From an uncultured Spirochaetota bacterium (GTDB lineage: Bacteria; Spirochaetota; Spirochaetia; SZUA-6; Fen-1364), in assembly GCA_963734545.1 (NCBI GenBank), contig CAVTHO010000007.1, positions 384,001 through 448,000 of the forward strand: 64,000 bases of DNA. Direction: 5' to 3'. The notes below the pieces were generated by a model. It saw only the letters and a program-made list of their open reading frames with translations. It ran no database searches and was not told the DNA's origin. Every line of letters starts with the position of its first letter. Positions within the stretch are counted from its first letter, which is position 1. The translations under genes and the position numbers were made by a program. Positions 18,315 through 28,509 of this stretch are shown piece by piece.

Positions 18315-19474
18315 ATGAAGAAAGCTCTCGGTGTGCTTCTCGCTGCAGCGCTGCTTCTCGCCTTTGTCGGGTGCCAGCAGCCGGCACCAAAGGAATGGAC
18401 CGTTCCGTTCCTGAACTCCCTCACCGGCCAGATTGCGAGCATAGGTGAGTACCTCGAGTGGGGCGCGGAACGCGCTGCCAAGGAGATCAATGACGCCGGC
18501 GGAATCAAAGGCAAGCCGGTCAGGGTGGTCGGAGTGGACACCGCTCTGGACCCGCAGAAGGGCTCTGTTGAAATGGCCCGGCTGGTGAAGGATACGCTGG
18601 TCGCGCTGGGACCCGTGCCCGAGCCCGTCATCATGGCGGCCATGCCCATCGCGGTCGAGAACGGCATGGTGTCCATGACCGCGACGACCTCGCTGGAGTA
18701 TGCGCAGAAGTTCTTCCCCTGGACGGTGAGCTGGTTCCCCTCCACGGAAGAACGGCTTGCTCCGCTGGTAGCAGCGTGGGCCAAGCAGTTCCCTGAGATG
18801 AAGCAGGTCGTGCAGTTCGTCGAGCCGTACGGACCGTGGCCTGGAATGGCGGACGCGCACGTGAAGGGACTGGAAGGCCTTGGCCTCAAGGTTCTGGACA
18901 AGGTCGAGGTGCCCGACGAACGCCGTCACATTCGGACCGCTCGTCGTGAAGGCCCTCAATGCGAAGCCTGACGGCATGGTGTTCGTATGCAATGCCGACG
19001 GCAACGGCAAAGCTCATCAAGGAGCTCAAGAGCCGTGGATGGAAGAAGATGGACCACCTGCTGGTCTTCAGCAGCGGCGACGCTCCCGAGCTCTACGCGA
19101 CCGGCGGCAAGGACATCAACGGGGTGGAAATCTACAACTACATCAACCCGAATCTCGACAATCCCCGCTGGAACGCCTTCAAGGAGGCCTACGCGGCCGC
19201 GCACAACGGCAACCAGCCCCCGAGCCTCTCCACCAACTACTATGACGCCCTGTACATGATCAAGGATGCAATCGAAAAGACGGGTGTCACGGGCAGCCCG
19301 AGCAAGCTCAAGGCGGAGCGCAAGTTGATCGCGGATTACCTCCAGAATGTAAAGGGGTTCCACGGCATCATGTTCGACTGGGACATGAAGGACGGAGTCC
19401 CCACGAACAAGCCGACCTTTATCTTCCAGATCGAGGACGGCAAGAAAGTCCTCGTGCAGGAAGTGAAGGGCTGA
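18315..19474 (+). CDS. Liv-type ABC substrate-binding lipoprotein, with frameshifts near 18913 and 19000
   Basis: Lipobox FVGC, SLTG, EINDAGGIKG. Three overlapping frames join into one type I periplasmic-binding protein (YYDALY). Confidence 0.82.
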
Positions 19475-19513
19475 GGGTTTTCGAAGCGGGTGCTTTCACC
19501 TGCTGAAAATGAC

Positions 19514-19541
19514 AGGGCGCCGCTGACGGCGCCCTTTTTTT
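19514..19541 (+). terminator. Rho-independent terminator
   Basis: AGGGCGCCG-CTGA-CGGCGCCCT hairpin followed by a T run. Confidence 0.85.
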
Positions 19542-19569
19542 GTGCGCGCCGCTCTGCGCGCGCCCTTTC

Positions 19570-20568
19570 CTATGCGTGCCGCCGGGGGCCAGTCTGATCC
19601 TGCGTGCGGCCGATTTCCCTGCAGCCGGGAACACCGAACAGGGTATCGGCGGCGCGGATTGCATTCACCACGGCCTGCGCCATGACCCAGGCGGCAAGCG
19701 CCCCGACCCTGTTCACATCCGCCGAGACACCCCCTGTGCCCAGGGTGAAAATCACGTCTCCATCCCCGAGGGTATGGATGGGATTGATCGTCCGGGCATA
19801 TCCGTCATGCGCCATCAAAGCGACTCTTGCTGCCGCGGATTTTGTCAGGATGGCGTTCGACGCCACGACGCCAATGGTCGTGTTGGTCGGGAACACCTCC
19901 TTGTACGTGCCAGTAGTGCCCATCAACAAGCCCATGGCGCCTGCGACGCGCGCGCGATCCGGTGTCAGCGTTCCTGCCAGAACTTCACCCGTTTCAGGAT
20001 CCGAGACGTCGCCGTTGCAATTCACGGCGACGATGGCCCCGACCACCAGCTCGCCGACACGGACGCTCGCGGTTCCCAGTCCTCCCTTCACCATTCCCTT
20101 CAAGTTGCCGGACAGTCTTCCCACGGCTGCGCCCGTGCCCGCTCCGACGTTTCCCTGCCGGGACTCACGCGCGCTTGCATCCTGGCACGCCCGGTAGCCC
20201 ATGGCGGCATCGGGCCGGGCCCTGCCGCCCGTGAATGCCAGATCGTTCAGGACAGCTCCGGCAACGATCGGCACGACGGTCACCCCCACGTCGAAGCCGA
20301 TCTTCCGCTCCTCCAGAAAGCTCATGATTCCCGTGGCGCAGGCGAGGCCGTAGGCGCTGCCGCCGGACAGGAAGATGGCGTGGGCAGCGGGGACCACATT
20401 TTCCGGACGGAGGCAGTCTGTCTCCCGTGTGCCCGGGGCCCCGCCGCGTGCATCGACGCCGGGTACGGCCCCGGCCCTGCAGAGAATGACGGTGCAGCCG
20501 GTCATTCCGGAGGGATCCTGGGCATGCCCGACCTCGATGCCGGGAACATCGGTAATACTGCCGCTCAT
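19570..20568 (-). CDS. DmpA/OAT-superfamily Ntn hydrolase with an N-T-T autocleavage site (ThnT/NylC-like)
   Basis: SITDVPGIEVGH, RGGAPGTRET, GGSAYGL, GNVGAGTG, KGGLG, TNTTIGVV, HT..DGD. Confidence 0.88.
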   Translation of the reverse strand: MSGSITDVPGIEVGHAQDPSGMTGCTVILCRAGAVPGVDARGGAPGTRETDCLRPENVVPAAHAIFLSGGSAYGLACATGIMSFLEERKIGFDVGVTVVPIVAGAVLNDLAFTGGRARPDAAMGYRACQDASARESRQGNVGAGTGAAVGRLSGNLKGMVKGGLGTASVRVGELVVGAIVAVNCNGDVSDPETGEVLAGTLTPDRARVAGAMGLLMGTTGTYKEVFPTNTTIGVVASNAILTKSAAARVALMAHDGYARTINPIHTLGDGDVIFTLGTGGVSADVNRVGALAAWVMAQAVVNAIRAADTLFGVPGCREIGRTQDQTGPRRHA

Positions 20569-20619
20569 TGGTACGCCTCTCTGGATTGGCTCCGCGTGCA
20601 ACGCGGTGTGAACAAAGGC

Positions 20620-20741
20620 ACGTTAATGGCCCGCATGCGGTTTGTCAATGCGGATTGAAAAGCGGCTCCATATTACCGCGGCGCGCCAGAATCCGCGGAT
20701 TACCGCGATGCCTTGTGCGCGACCCGGTTTTTCGCTACGCT
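20620..20741. promoter_or_regulatory. Divergent promoters for the Ntn hydrolase and panB, with an ATTACCGCG direct repeat
   Basis: Minus strand TTGACA-17-TAACGT (20648-20620); plus strand TTGTGC-17-TACGCT (20713-20741); ATTACCGCG at 20672 and 20699. Confidence 0.5.
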
Positions 20742-20770
20742 GTTTTCACACCAGAGGAGGACAAACCACC

Positions 20771-21628
20771 GTGAGCGACATCAAGAAGCTGATGATCCCC
20801 GACCTGCACGCCATGAAGAAGGAAGGGAAGAAGATCTCCATGATCACCGCCTACTCGTATCCGCAGGCCCAGTGCGTCGATGAGGCGGGCATCGACATCA
20901 TTCTCGTGGGTGACAGCCTCGGGATGGTCGAGCTGGGATACAAGGACACGGTTCCCGTGACCATGGAGGAGATGCTCAACCACACCAAGGCCGTCATGCG
21001 GGGTGTGGCGCGCGCGCATGTCGTGGGTGACATGCCCTTCATGTCCTACAACATCTCGAAGGAACAGGCGATCACGAACGCGGGCATCCTGTACAAGGAC
21101 GGTGGAGCAGACTCCATCAAGCTGGAAGGCGGGCAGGAGATGGCGGCTTCGGTGAACGCCATCGTGAAGGCGGGGATCCCTGTGTTCGGCCACATCGGCC
21201 TCACGCCCCAGACAGCGGGAATGCTGGGAGGATTCAAGGTGCAGGGCAAGTCGCTCGACCAGGCCCGGAAGGTGATGGACGACGCGATTGCGCTGGAGGA
21301 GGCGGGCGTATTCGCGATCGTGCTCGAGGCCATACCCCGGCAGCTTGCCGCCCTCATCACGGAGAGGCTCAAGATCCCGACGATCGGGATCGGCGGCGGA
21401 ATGGACTGCGACGGGCAGGTCCTGGTGCTGCACGACATGGTGGGGCTCTTCAAGCGGTTCACGCCGAAGTTCGTCAAGGTCTATGCCGACCTTTACTCCG
21501 TCCAGCTCGATGCCGTCAAAAAATACGTCGGGGAAGTGAAGAACGGGACGTTCCCGTCGGAGGAACACACCTTCACGATGAAAGAGGAAGCGGTGGCGGA
21601 GCTCCGCAAATCGCTGGGAATGAAGTAG
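20771..21628 (+). CDS. panB: 3-methyl-2-oxobutanoate hydroxymethyltransferase
   Basis: MITAY, LVGDSLGM, GDMPF, KLEGG, GHIGLTPQ, DGQVLV.HD, PKFVK. GAGGAGG Shine-Dalgarno before the GTG. Confidence 0.97.
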   Translation: MSDIKKLMIPDLHAMKKEGKKISMITAYSYPQAQCVDEAGIDIILVGDSLGMVELGYKDTVPVTMEEMLNHTKAVMRGVARAHVVGDMPFMSYNISKEQAITNAGILYKDGGADSIKLEGGQEMAASVNAIVKAGIPVFGHIGLTPQTAGMLGGFKVQGKSLDQARKVMDDAIALEEAGVFAIVLEAIPRQLAALITERLKIPTIGIGGGMDCDGQVLVLHDMVGLFKRFTPKFVKVYADLYSVQLDAVKKYVGEVKNGTFPSEEHTFTMKEEAVAELRKSLGMK

Positions 21629-21656
21629 GGAACCGGGGAGGGCGCGGACCGGGGAA

Positions 21657-23003
21657 TCAGGTCCGCGCGGTGCTCAGAGAGTCTCGATACCGGGCGGGAT
21701 CCGCGCGGAAGCCCATGACCTGGTTCCCGCCTTCTCGTGTGGCCTTTGCCGCTGACACACTGGCCTCTTCGAGAAGCGTGATGTCCTCGATGAGGCGTCC
21801 TCCGCGCGAGCTCACGCCGATGGAGACGGTCCGGTTTCTCCCCTCGATCACCGTGTCCGCCACCTTGCCGCGGAACTCGTCGAGGACACGCACGGCAGCG
21901 TCCACCTCGTTGTCCGGCAGAAGAAGAGTGTAGGAATCGTCGCCCGCCTCGAATATCAGGTCGTGGAGAGGGAAGGTCTCTCTGAGAAGCCTCGCTATTG
22001 CGGTATAGACCTTCGGCAGCCGGGAATCGACGAACGGCTCATCGATCTGGACCCGCGCCAGCGCGACGTCCTGATCCGCCACGGCGGCCCGTTCAAGCTC
22101 GGCATGCAGCCGCGGCTCGAGGTGCTCTGCCCAGACAAGACCGGTGCGCGGGGACGTGAGACCCCTGGTCAAAGGCTGCGGCGATTCCTGCCGCGGCGGC
22201 TCCGGCTGCGGTTCCGGCTGCGGCTCTGGCATCATCGGTGCCAGTATCCGAGGTTCCGGACGCAGCGGTTCCGGGCGAGGCGGCGGGGCTCGCAGCGGTT
22301 CCGGCTGTGGTTGTGCCGCCTGAGGCTGCGCAGGCGGGACAGTCGAATAGCTCTGCTCACGCGGAGGAGCCCGGTCAGGCGCCTGAAAATCCGGGGGGGT
22401 CGGCGCGGGCGAGTAGCCAGAAACGCCGGAGCGTCCACGGGTCTCTGATGAGCTTTCCTGGATGCTCGTGACGATCAGTATGATCACACCGCAGACCAGC
22501 AGAAACGCGAGGAAAAGGTAAAGGTCGTCACGCACAATCGGGTAGAGATCTTCCCTGCCCATGATGACGAACATCGCGTCGAGAGCCAGGGGAGCCTGGT
22601 CGTTGCCGATCTCCCTGCTGAGAAGCAGCTCATATCCCTTGCTCACCTGATAGACCGGTGTGCCGCGCCAGGCAGGCGTAACGGGGCTCGGCTCTTTCAT
22701 GTACGTTCTGTTGCGCGCCACCAGGTAGAGGATGCCATCCTGCGTGGAATGCACGGAGAGCAGGAGCAGCCGCGGCTCCTCGTCGAAGACATCCCGCATG
22801 TCCTTCTTGAACTGGGGAGCATCGAAGCCGCCCGTGCTGTCCCGGATCGACAGGGTTTTGGACGCAAGCCCGGGCAGGCGCTCCCGCGCGGCTGCGGCGT
22901 TGGTCGTTCGGGCATTCTCGATCCTGTAACCGGTAAGGCCGACGATGAATATGAAGAACACCGCGCTCAAAGCGAGAAAAAACCAGGAAAAACCCTTATT
23001 CAT
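21657..23003 (-). CDS. Membrane protein with a Pro-rich linker and degenerate GGDEF domain
   Basis: Two TM segments, a PEPQ/PEPLR linker and a C-terminal GGDEF fold (AGDDS at the signature, TVSIGVS, A...GGNQV). Confidence 0.75.
   Translation of the reverse strand: MNKGFSWFFLALSAVFFIFIVGLTGYRIENARTTNAAAARERLPGLASKTLSIRDSTGGFDAPQFKKDMRDVFDEEPRLLLLSVHSTQDGILYLVARNRTYMKEPSPVTPAWRGTPVYQVSKGYELLLSREIGNDQAPLALDAMFVIMGREDLYPIVRDDLYLFLAFLLVCGVIILIVTSIQESSSETRGRSGVSGYSPAPTPPDFQAPDRAPPREQSYSTVPPAQPQAAQPQPEPLRAPPPRPEPLRPEPRILAPMMPEPQPEPQPEPPRQESPQPLTRGLTSPRTGLVWAEHLEPRLHAELERAAVADQDVALARVQIDEPFVDSRLPKVYTAIARLLRETFPLHDLIFEAGDDSYTLLLPDNEVDAAVRVLDEFRGKVADTVIEGRNRTVSIGVSSRGGRLIEDITLLEEASVSAAKATREGGNQVMGFRADPARYRDSLSTART
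22195..22310 (-). repeat. Short intragenic tandem repeats encoding PEPQ/PEPLR
   Basis: Recurrent GCGGTTCCGG(CT) units on the + strand. Confidence 0.6.
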
Positions 23004-23098
23004 GCTCTTCCCCCGCCGCATTGTGGAGTATAATCAGGGGCGCGCCTGCCGCGGAGCTCCGGGCGGAGCGCGGAAAGAAAAGTGGTTCGGAGGTGCCC

Positions 23099-23926
23099 AT
23101 GCGTGTGCGAAGAAGGTACCTGCCGCCGGGGTGGTATCCGGGCGCCGAAGAGAAGGCCCGGGAAGCAGTCGAGGACATGGAGAGATCCATCGATCCCGAG
23201 CCGGCCCATGGGATTGCGGGCATCGTGCCGCACGCGGGATGGGAGTTCTCGGGCAATCTGGCGTTCGAGGTTTTTTCGCGCATTTCGCGTACCATGGATA
23301 CCATCGTAATTATCGGCGGACACCTGGGCCCGGCTGACGGAATCTTGTGCGCATTCGAAGACTCCTACGAAACCCCTTTCGGGCAGCTCCCGGCGGATCT
23401 CGAGCTTCTTGCTGCTCTCCGCGCAGCCGTGCCTGTTTCCGAGGACCGGTCGGCTGATAATACGGTCGAGGTTCAGCTCCCCTTCGTGAAATACCTTTTT
23501 CCCAACGCAAGAGTGCTCGGCATGCGCGTATCTCCGTCACGCGACGCGGATCGGCTGGGCAAGGCGCTCGCGGAGGCAGCGCGAGGTCTCAAGAGAAGTG
23601 TCGGTGTCGCAGGATCGACCGACCTCACGCACTACGGGTCGAGCTATGGTTTCGCTCCCGCGGGAAGCGGCAACAAGGCGCTGCGATGGGTGCGGGAGGT
23701 CAACGACCATCGATTCATCGAGAGCGTCCTTGCCATGGAGTTCGACACTGCGCTGGAGCGCGCACTGAAGGAGAGGTCGGCCTGCTCTGCCGGCGGCGCC
23801 CTGGCGGCACTGAGCTTCGCGCGTGAAAATGGTGTCCGGCAGGGGAAGCTTCTGCGCTATTCGACCAGCTTCGATGTGCATCCCGGCGACTCTTTCGTAG
23901 GGTACGCGGGCATCCTCTACTCCTGA
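23099..23926 (+). CDS. AmmeMemoRadiSam system protein B (MEMO1 family)
   Basis: GWYP, IVPHAGW.FSG, DNTVEVQLPF, STDLTHYG, SFVGYAG. Confidence 0.9.
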   Translation: MRVRRRYLPPGWYPGAEEKAREAVEDMERSIDPEPAHGIAGIVPHAGWEFSGNLAFEVFSRISRTMDTIVIIGGHLGPADGILCAFEDSYETPFGQLPADLELLAALRAAVPVSEDRSADNTVEVQLPFVKYLFPNARVLGMRVSPSRDADRLGKALAEAARGLKRSVGVAGSTDLTHYGSSYGFAPAGSGNKALRWVREVNDHRFIESVLAMEFDTALERALKERSACSAGGALAALSFARENGVRQGKLLRYSTSFDVHPGDSFVGYAGILYS

Positions 23927-25606
23927 AACGACCGGGACCCTTCGATCAACCGTGAAATCCGGGAGAGCGTCCATTGTCGGGCGCCGTCGAGCGCCGCGGC
24001 TCCCGGCGGAGTCTCGGGAGATTCCATGAGCACACGCGCCGCAACGGGAAGGAGCGTTCCCCAGAGCTCCTTTTCCGATGCCCGAAGCATCCGAAATGAG
24101 CTCCCGCCGGGGTGCGTGAGCAGAGGCAGCGCAGCAAGATCTCCCGCATAGTCGGCAATGAACCGGCGCCAGCTGCATCGCGGCTCCGACTCCCTCCAGC
24201 CGTCTTCCCCGGAGACCGTGCTCCGCGGCACATGGTTTTCCTCCGCGTGGTCCAGCGCCAGCCCCGCTCCCGGCACGCTCACCACCTCGGCAGGGATTGC
24301 CTCCATGAGACGGATAAGGCGTTCCCGGTAAGCGAGCATGACGTCGGTCGTATACCGGAAGCTCGTGCCCGCGCGCTCCTTGCGCGTGTCGGGTGTCCGA
24401 TAGAGGAAGGAAAAGAATCTGCTCTCCGGAGGCGCAAGACCGGGTCTGGCTCGACTCGAAGAGATCATACAGGTAGGTGCCGCGTGAATACGGTTTCCCT
24501 TCGGGGTACGAGAAGTCCGCCCCGTAGACGGTGATGGTGCGCGCCCCGAGACGGTGCGCCAGTGACACGGCAGCATGCGTGACGTTTCCACCGGAAGTAT
24601 CCATTTTGGGAAACCTCTTCCACCGCGCGTCCAGGTAGACGGCAAAGGGATGCCCGCTTGCAGCGAAGAGGGGGCGCGCCGATCCTCGCGCAAGGAAGGG
24701 GGGAGAAGCGAGGTCGAGGAAGAGGATGGATTGCGGGTGAATGCCCTGGAGAAAATGGTGGTACCCGTGGCTCTGGCAGTCGATGGAGAGCACGGCGTTC
24801 GGCTGAATGCCGGCCCGGCGAAGGGCGGGCAGGGAAGTGTCGGAGGCGATGAGGAAGCCCGCGTCGTCGCGGGCGGCGATCATGGCGAGCTGGCCTTCCA
24901 GGGAAGGACCGGCGGCTGTCACATGGGCGTGCGTGATGAGAGGGAGACCCGTGGCGCCGGTTGACGCAGGCTCCATGTTGAGGAGCATGTTCGTGAACCA
25001 GCGCTTTCCGAAGTGGGCCTGCACGCTGTAGTCTGCGCGCATCTCATCCACCACCGTGCGAAGCTCCGCGGTCGCTGCGGTGAAGAAAAGATTTTCCCTC
25101 TCACACCAGGGCCGGAGCGGCGCCGTCACAAGGCCTCCCATGAGGGCCGGCTGCCAGGCGGCAAGCAGGGCAGACCGTATCCCCTTCAGGCCGGCGGCCA
25201 CAAAGACGCGCGAATCCTGAAGGATCGCTGCAATCGGAAGATTCTCCATGAGCGCGCGCAGGATCGATGCATCCTTTTCGATCACGAGGACCGACGAGAC
25301 CCCCTTGTCCTCGAGAGAAGCGGCAATCGTGAACCCGGCGCCCATGCCGAGCGCGACGACGCACCCCGCACCGCGCAGACCCGCCATGATCTTTCTGGAC
25401 TCGCCCATGGGATCGTACAGCGAATGCAGCGGCGCTTTTCCGTCTGGGAGCCGCACGGCGGGGACGAGCGCGCCGTTCCGGGCATTCACGAAGGTGAGGG
25501 AGGGGTCGGCTGCACTCGCGCGCACCGCGGAGGCCAGCGCTTGATTTCCGCGCGCCAGCGCGGCCAGGTTTGTTTCGAGAACGCGGGCTGAATCAGGCCG
25601 CGGCAC
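23917..25606 (-). CDS. Maf/MptE-like (DUF115) motility-associated factor, with a frameshift near 24440
   Basis: LHSLYDP, LGMGAG, AAGPSL, ASDTSL, GGNVTH, GADFSY. C-terminus lies in a second frame ending at 23917. Confidence 0.75.
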
Positions 25607-27251
25607 CCGTCTTCTCCGCGATCTCCCGCAGGAAATCCACGCACCCGTCGAGCATCTCCCTGGCCGCCTCCCGCGCGCCCGTGGAGTCCCCCTGTCGCGA
25701 TTTTCTTCTTGCCTCGAGCAGCCGTCGGGGCTCGATGTAGTAGGCAAGAGAAAGAAGTGACGGCGAGCGGCCGAGCAGTTCCAGCCTTTCGGAGGACACG
25801 GCCGCCGCACGCGCCCGGGAAAGCTCGGCGGTCCACCCTTGAAGAAGACCTCCGATGATCCTGTGCCGCTGTTCACGCCCGGGAAACTCGTCCTCCCTGC
25901 GCAGACGGGGACCCCGGGGCGCTTCGGCACGGCCCTCGAGCAGCTCCCGGAGGGAGACCGCATCCAGGGCCCGCATGCCCTCGAGCGCAATGCGGGAAGG
26001 GAGCAGCCTGTAGACACGCCCCGCGTGATCGCCGCGCGTCTCATTGAACCAGCCGGCATAGGTGCTGAGGGACGGTGAGGCGCGCACTCCCTCGATGCCG
26101 GGGACCGGCTCGACCCGCTGCGTCGCCGCCCTCTGGAAGCTGAGGCTGTAGTGCGGGGAGAGCCGGGTGGACTGGAGATGGAGCAGCCGGTCGAAAGCGC
26201 CGGGCCTGGCGTGAAGGGAGATGTCACGCGTGCACATGTCGAGACCGGCAACGATGACAGGCCCCCGGGTGCTGGCGAGCGCGAGATCGAGCGCGGTTGC
26301 CGCGACGGTGCCATGCGGCGCGATCAGGGGCGCGTGCACCCCTGCCTCTTCCAGGAGCGATTTCTCGAAGAAGCCGGGCTGCGCGAGGAGGAACGGTGCG
26401 GCGTCAGCCTCCTGGACGCCCCTCCGGGAGAAAGACCACGCTCCCCGGGCCGCGGAAAGAGGCATGGCGAGGGGACACCCGTGAGATGAGAATTGGATGT
26501 GGTGCAGGGAATAGTATCCAGGATCGGTCATGACAAGGAGGTCGGGAGAAAGATCCCTGTCCTGGAGCAGAAGGGAGCTGGAGGGAAGCGCCCACAGCTC
26601 CACTCGGGAGCGGACTTCAGCGATCAACCCGGCCGCTTCTTCCAGGCTCGGTCCCGGAGCCGCGAGAAGGACAGGTCTGTCCGTCGGGCAAAGCTCCCCG
26701 ACAAGGGCGGAATCGATGGCGAGAAAATTGGTGATTGCGTTGCGTATCCACAGACGTCCCGCTGCCACCGTGGTCACCAGGCTGCCGTTCAGCTCCTGCA
26801 CCACCTGGCGAACCGATTGATTCACGGTTCGCGACAGGACGGGGAAAATGCGCGCTGAGGGCGGCCATTCGACCAGGCGAAGGCCTTCCAGATCGAGCTC
26901 CCCGAAAGATCCGGCGAGGAACGAAGTGATCCCCGCTTTCATCCCGGGGCACCAGGCGGGGGCGGCTCCGCCGGGCGCGGCGGTTCCCGCCGCGCGGGCA
27001 TTCCCGATCGTCATGATCTCCGCTGAATAGAAGATCCTGATCACACGGACGCCGGGATACAGACTTTCGACAGCGGCCGAGACATAACCCAGCCCTTCCC
27101 CGAGGATCACCACGGCGGAAGGGGTATCCGGGCCGACATTGGCTTCCACAAAACGCCTGGCCTCCCGGACAGGGTCGTAGGGCGAATGGAGCGCGACGCC
27201 GTCGACCCGGGCGGTCAGCGCTCCCGATCTTGCTGTGAATGTCTCGATCAT
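25593..27251 (-). CDS. Maf/MptE-like (DUF115) motility-associated factor
   Basis: LHSPYDPVREA, GEGLGY, APGPSL, TDPGYYS, HGTVAATA, GLD. Confidence 0.78.
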   Translation of the reverse strand: MIETFTARSGALTARVDGVALHSPYDPVREARRFVEANVGPDTPSAVVILGEGLGYVSAAVESLYPGVRVIRIFYSAEIMTIGNARAAGTAAPGGAAPAWCPGMKAGITSFLAGSFGELDLEGLRLVEWPPSARIFPVLSRTVNQSVRQVVQELNGSLVTTVAAGRLWIRNAITNFLAIDSALVGELCPTDRPVLLAAPGPSLEEAAGLIAEVRSRVELWALPSSSLLLQDRDLSPDLLVMTDPGYYSLHHIQFSSHGCPLAMPLSAARGAWSFSRRGVQEADAAPFLLAQPGFFEKSLLEEAGVHAPLIAPHGTVAATALDLALASTRGPVIVAGLDMCTRDISLHARPGAFDRLLHLQSTRLSPHYSLSFQRAATQRVEPVPGIEGVRASPSLSTYAGWFNETRGDHAGRVYRLLPSRIALEGMRALDAVSLRELLEGRAEAPRGPRLRREDEFPGREQRHRIIGGLLQGWTAELSRARAAAVSSERLELLGRSPSLLSLAYYIEPRRLLEARRKSRQGDSTGAREAAREMLDGCVDFLREIAEKTGAAA

Positions 27252-27257
27252 CGTCCG

Positions 27258-28509
27258 TCAGGTGGAGAGAAACTCAAGCAGCTCACGGACATCTCCCCCA
27301 TCCTCGGGCCAGTCACGCGTTTTCAGGATCTTCGGTCCTGTTGTGGCACCCGACTTCCCATTGCCCCCGAAAAGACCGCGGAGAAAGGAAGAAAGCTGGT
27401 GCAGAAAGAGGTCGAGATCCGTCGCATCAAAGCCTTGGAGGGCGACGAGAAAGAGTCCCTGTCGAATCGGGATTGCCAGCCCCAGGTCGACGACAAAGGA
27501 GTCGAGGAAATAGTGGAGGTCCTCGTGCAGGCGGAAAGGGTCCAGGTGCGCGTGCGCGGCAATGATATGCCGCGAGTATTGCTCCAGCGAAAGGGCGAAG
27601 AAACAGGATCCTCGTGCCCGCCGAGCCAAAGGAGGATATGTATCGGCCGACCTCTTCCTCCGGTGACGCGCCAGGGCGCATCCCCTGCGCGCCCACCCTG
27701 CGCAGTTTCTTCTCGCGGGCTTTCTGGACGCGCGGTGAGCCGGCATCCGCGATGCTCTTCAGGCACGGGAGAAGCTGCGCGTCCCCTTCGAACGGCGGCT
27801 TCAGCGCCGTGAAGAGGAGCACGCCGATGAGCTTTTCCGCCGCAATGAAGGGTGTCAGCAGGATCCTTGAGAGAGTGGAAAACTCACGCGCGGAGAAGTA
27901 TTGCTCGTATGCTGCCAGGGCGGAAGTGCCCTCCACGATAACCGGGCTGCCGTTGGCCAGCTCGTTGAAGGTGCCGTTCGCGCCGAGGGGGATGCGCATT
28001 CGGTGAAGGGTGGTCTGATCGTAGCCCTGACTTGCCCAGGGAGCATAGACAAGGCGAATAGGATCGAACAGCAGGAGCGCGCCCTTTTGTACCGACAATC
28101 GCGCGGTGAGCACGGTGAAAAGGTGGGACGGGAGCTCCACGCCGTCAGGCAGCGCCTGGATGGCGGCAACGATCCCGCGGGCAGCCTGTTCAGGATCCAG
28201 CGTCTTGCCGGGTTCCTGCGCATCCTGCATGCCGGCGCGAGCCCGTTTCCTGGCCGCGTCTCTCGGCCGGGGCGGAGCGGCGAGCTCGACGCCGAGGGGG
28301 CTGCGCAGCCTTTCCGCGACAATGGCCAGGCTTTTTCGGAGCAGTCCGCGCCGGGGAGCAGCGGCCGCAATCCGGGAAGCCCGCGCGGTCACGGAGGCGG
28401 CGATTCGGAAAACGCGATCTTCGGGTGATGCAGGGACGGAGTAAGGGGCCTCTATGCTTCCTTCAGCATCGCGGGTGGCGGCGTGCGCAGCCTTCCGGAG
28501 AAGACCCAT
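27258..28509 (-). CDS. Hypothetical protein with a GAF-like central domain, with a frameshift near 27600
   Basis: Starts directly after the upstream stop. KGALLLFDP...LTPFIAAEKLIGVL pattern; C-terminus is in the frame ending at 27258. Confidence 0.6.

Noticed and set aside
23537-26314. 925-aa ORF
   Set aside because: It is a composite of an off-frame upstream extension, the real Maf N-terminal part and post-frameshift read-through.
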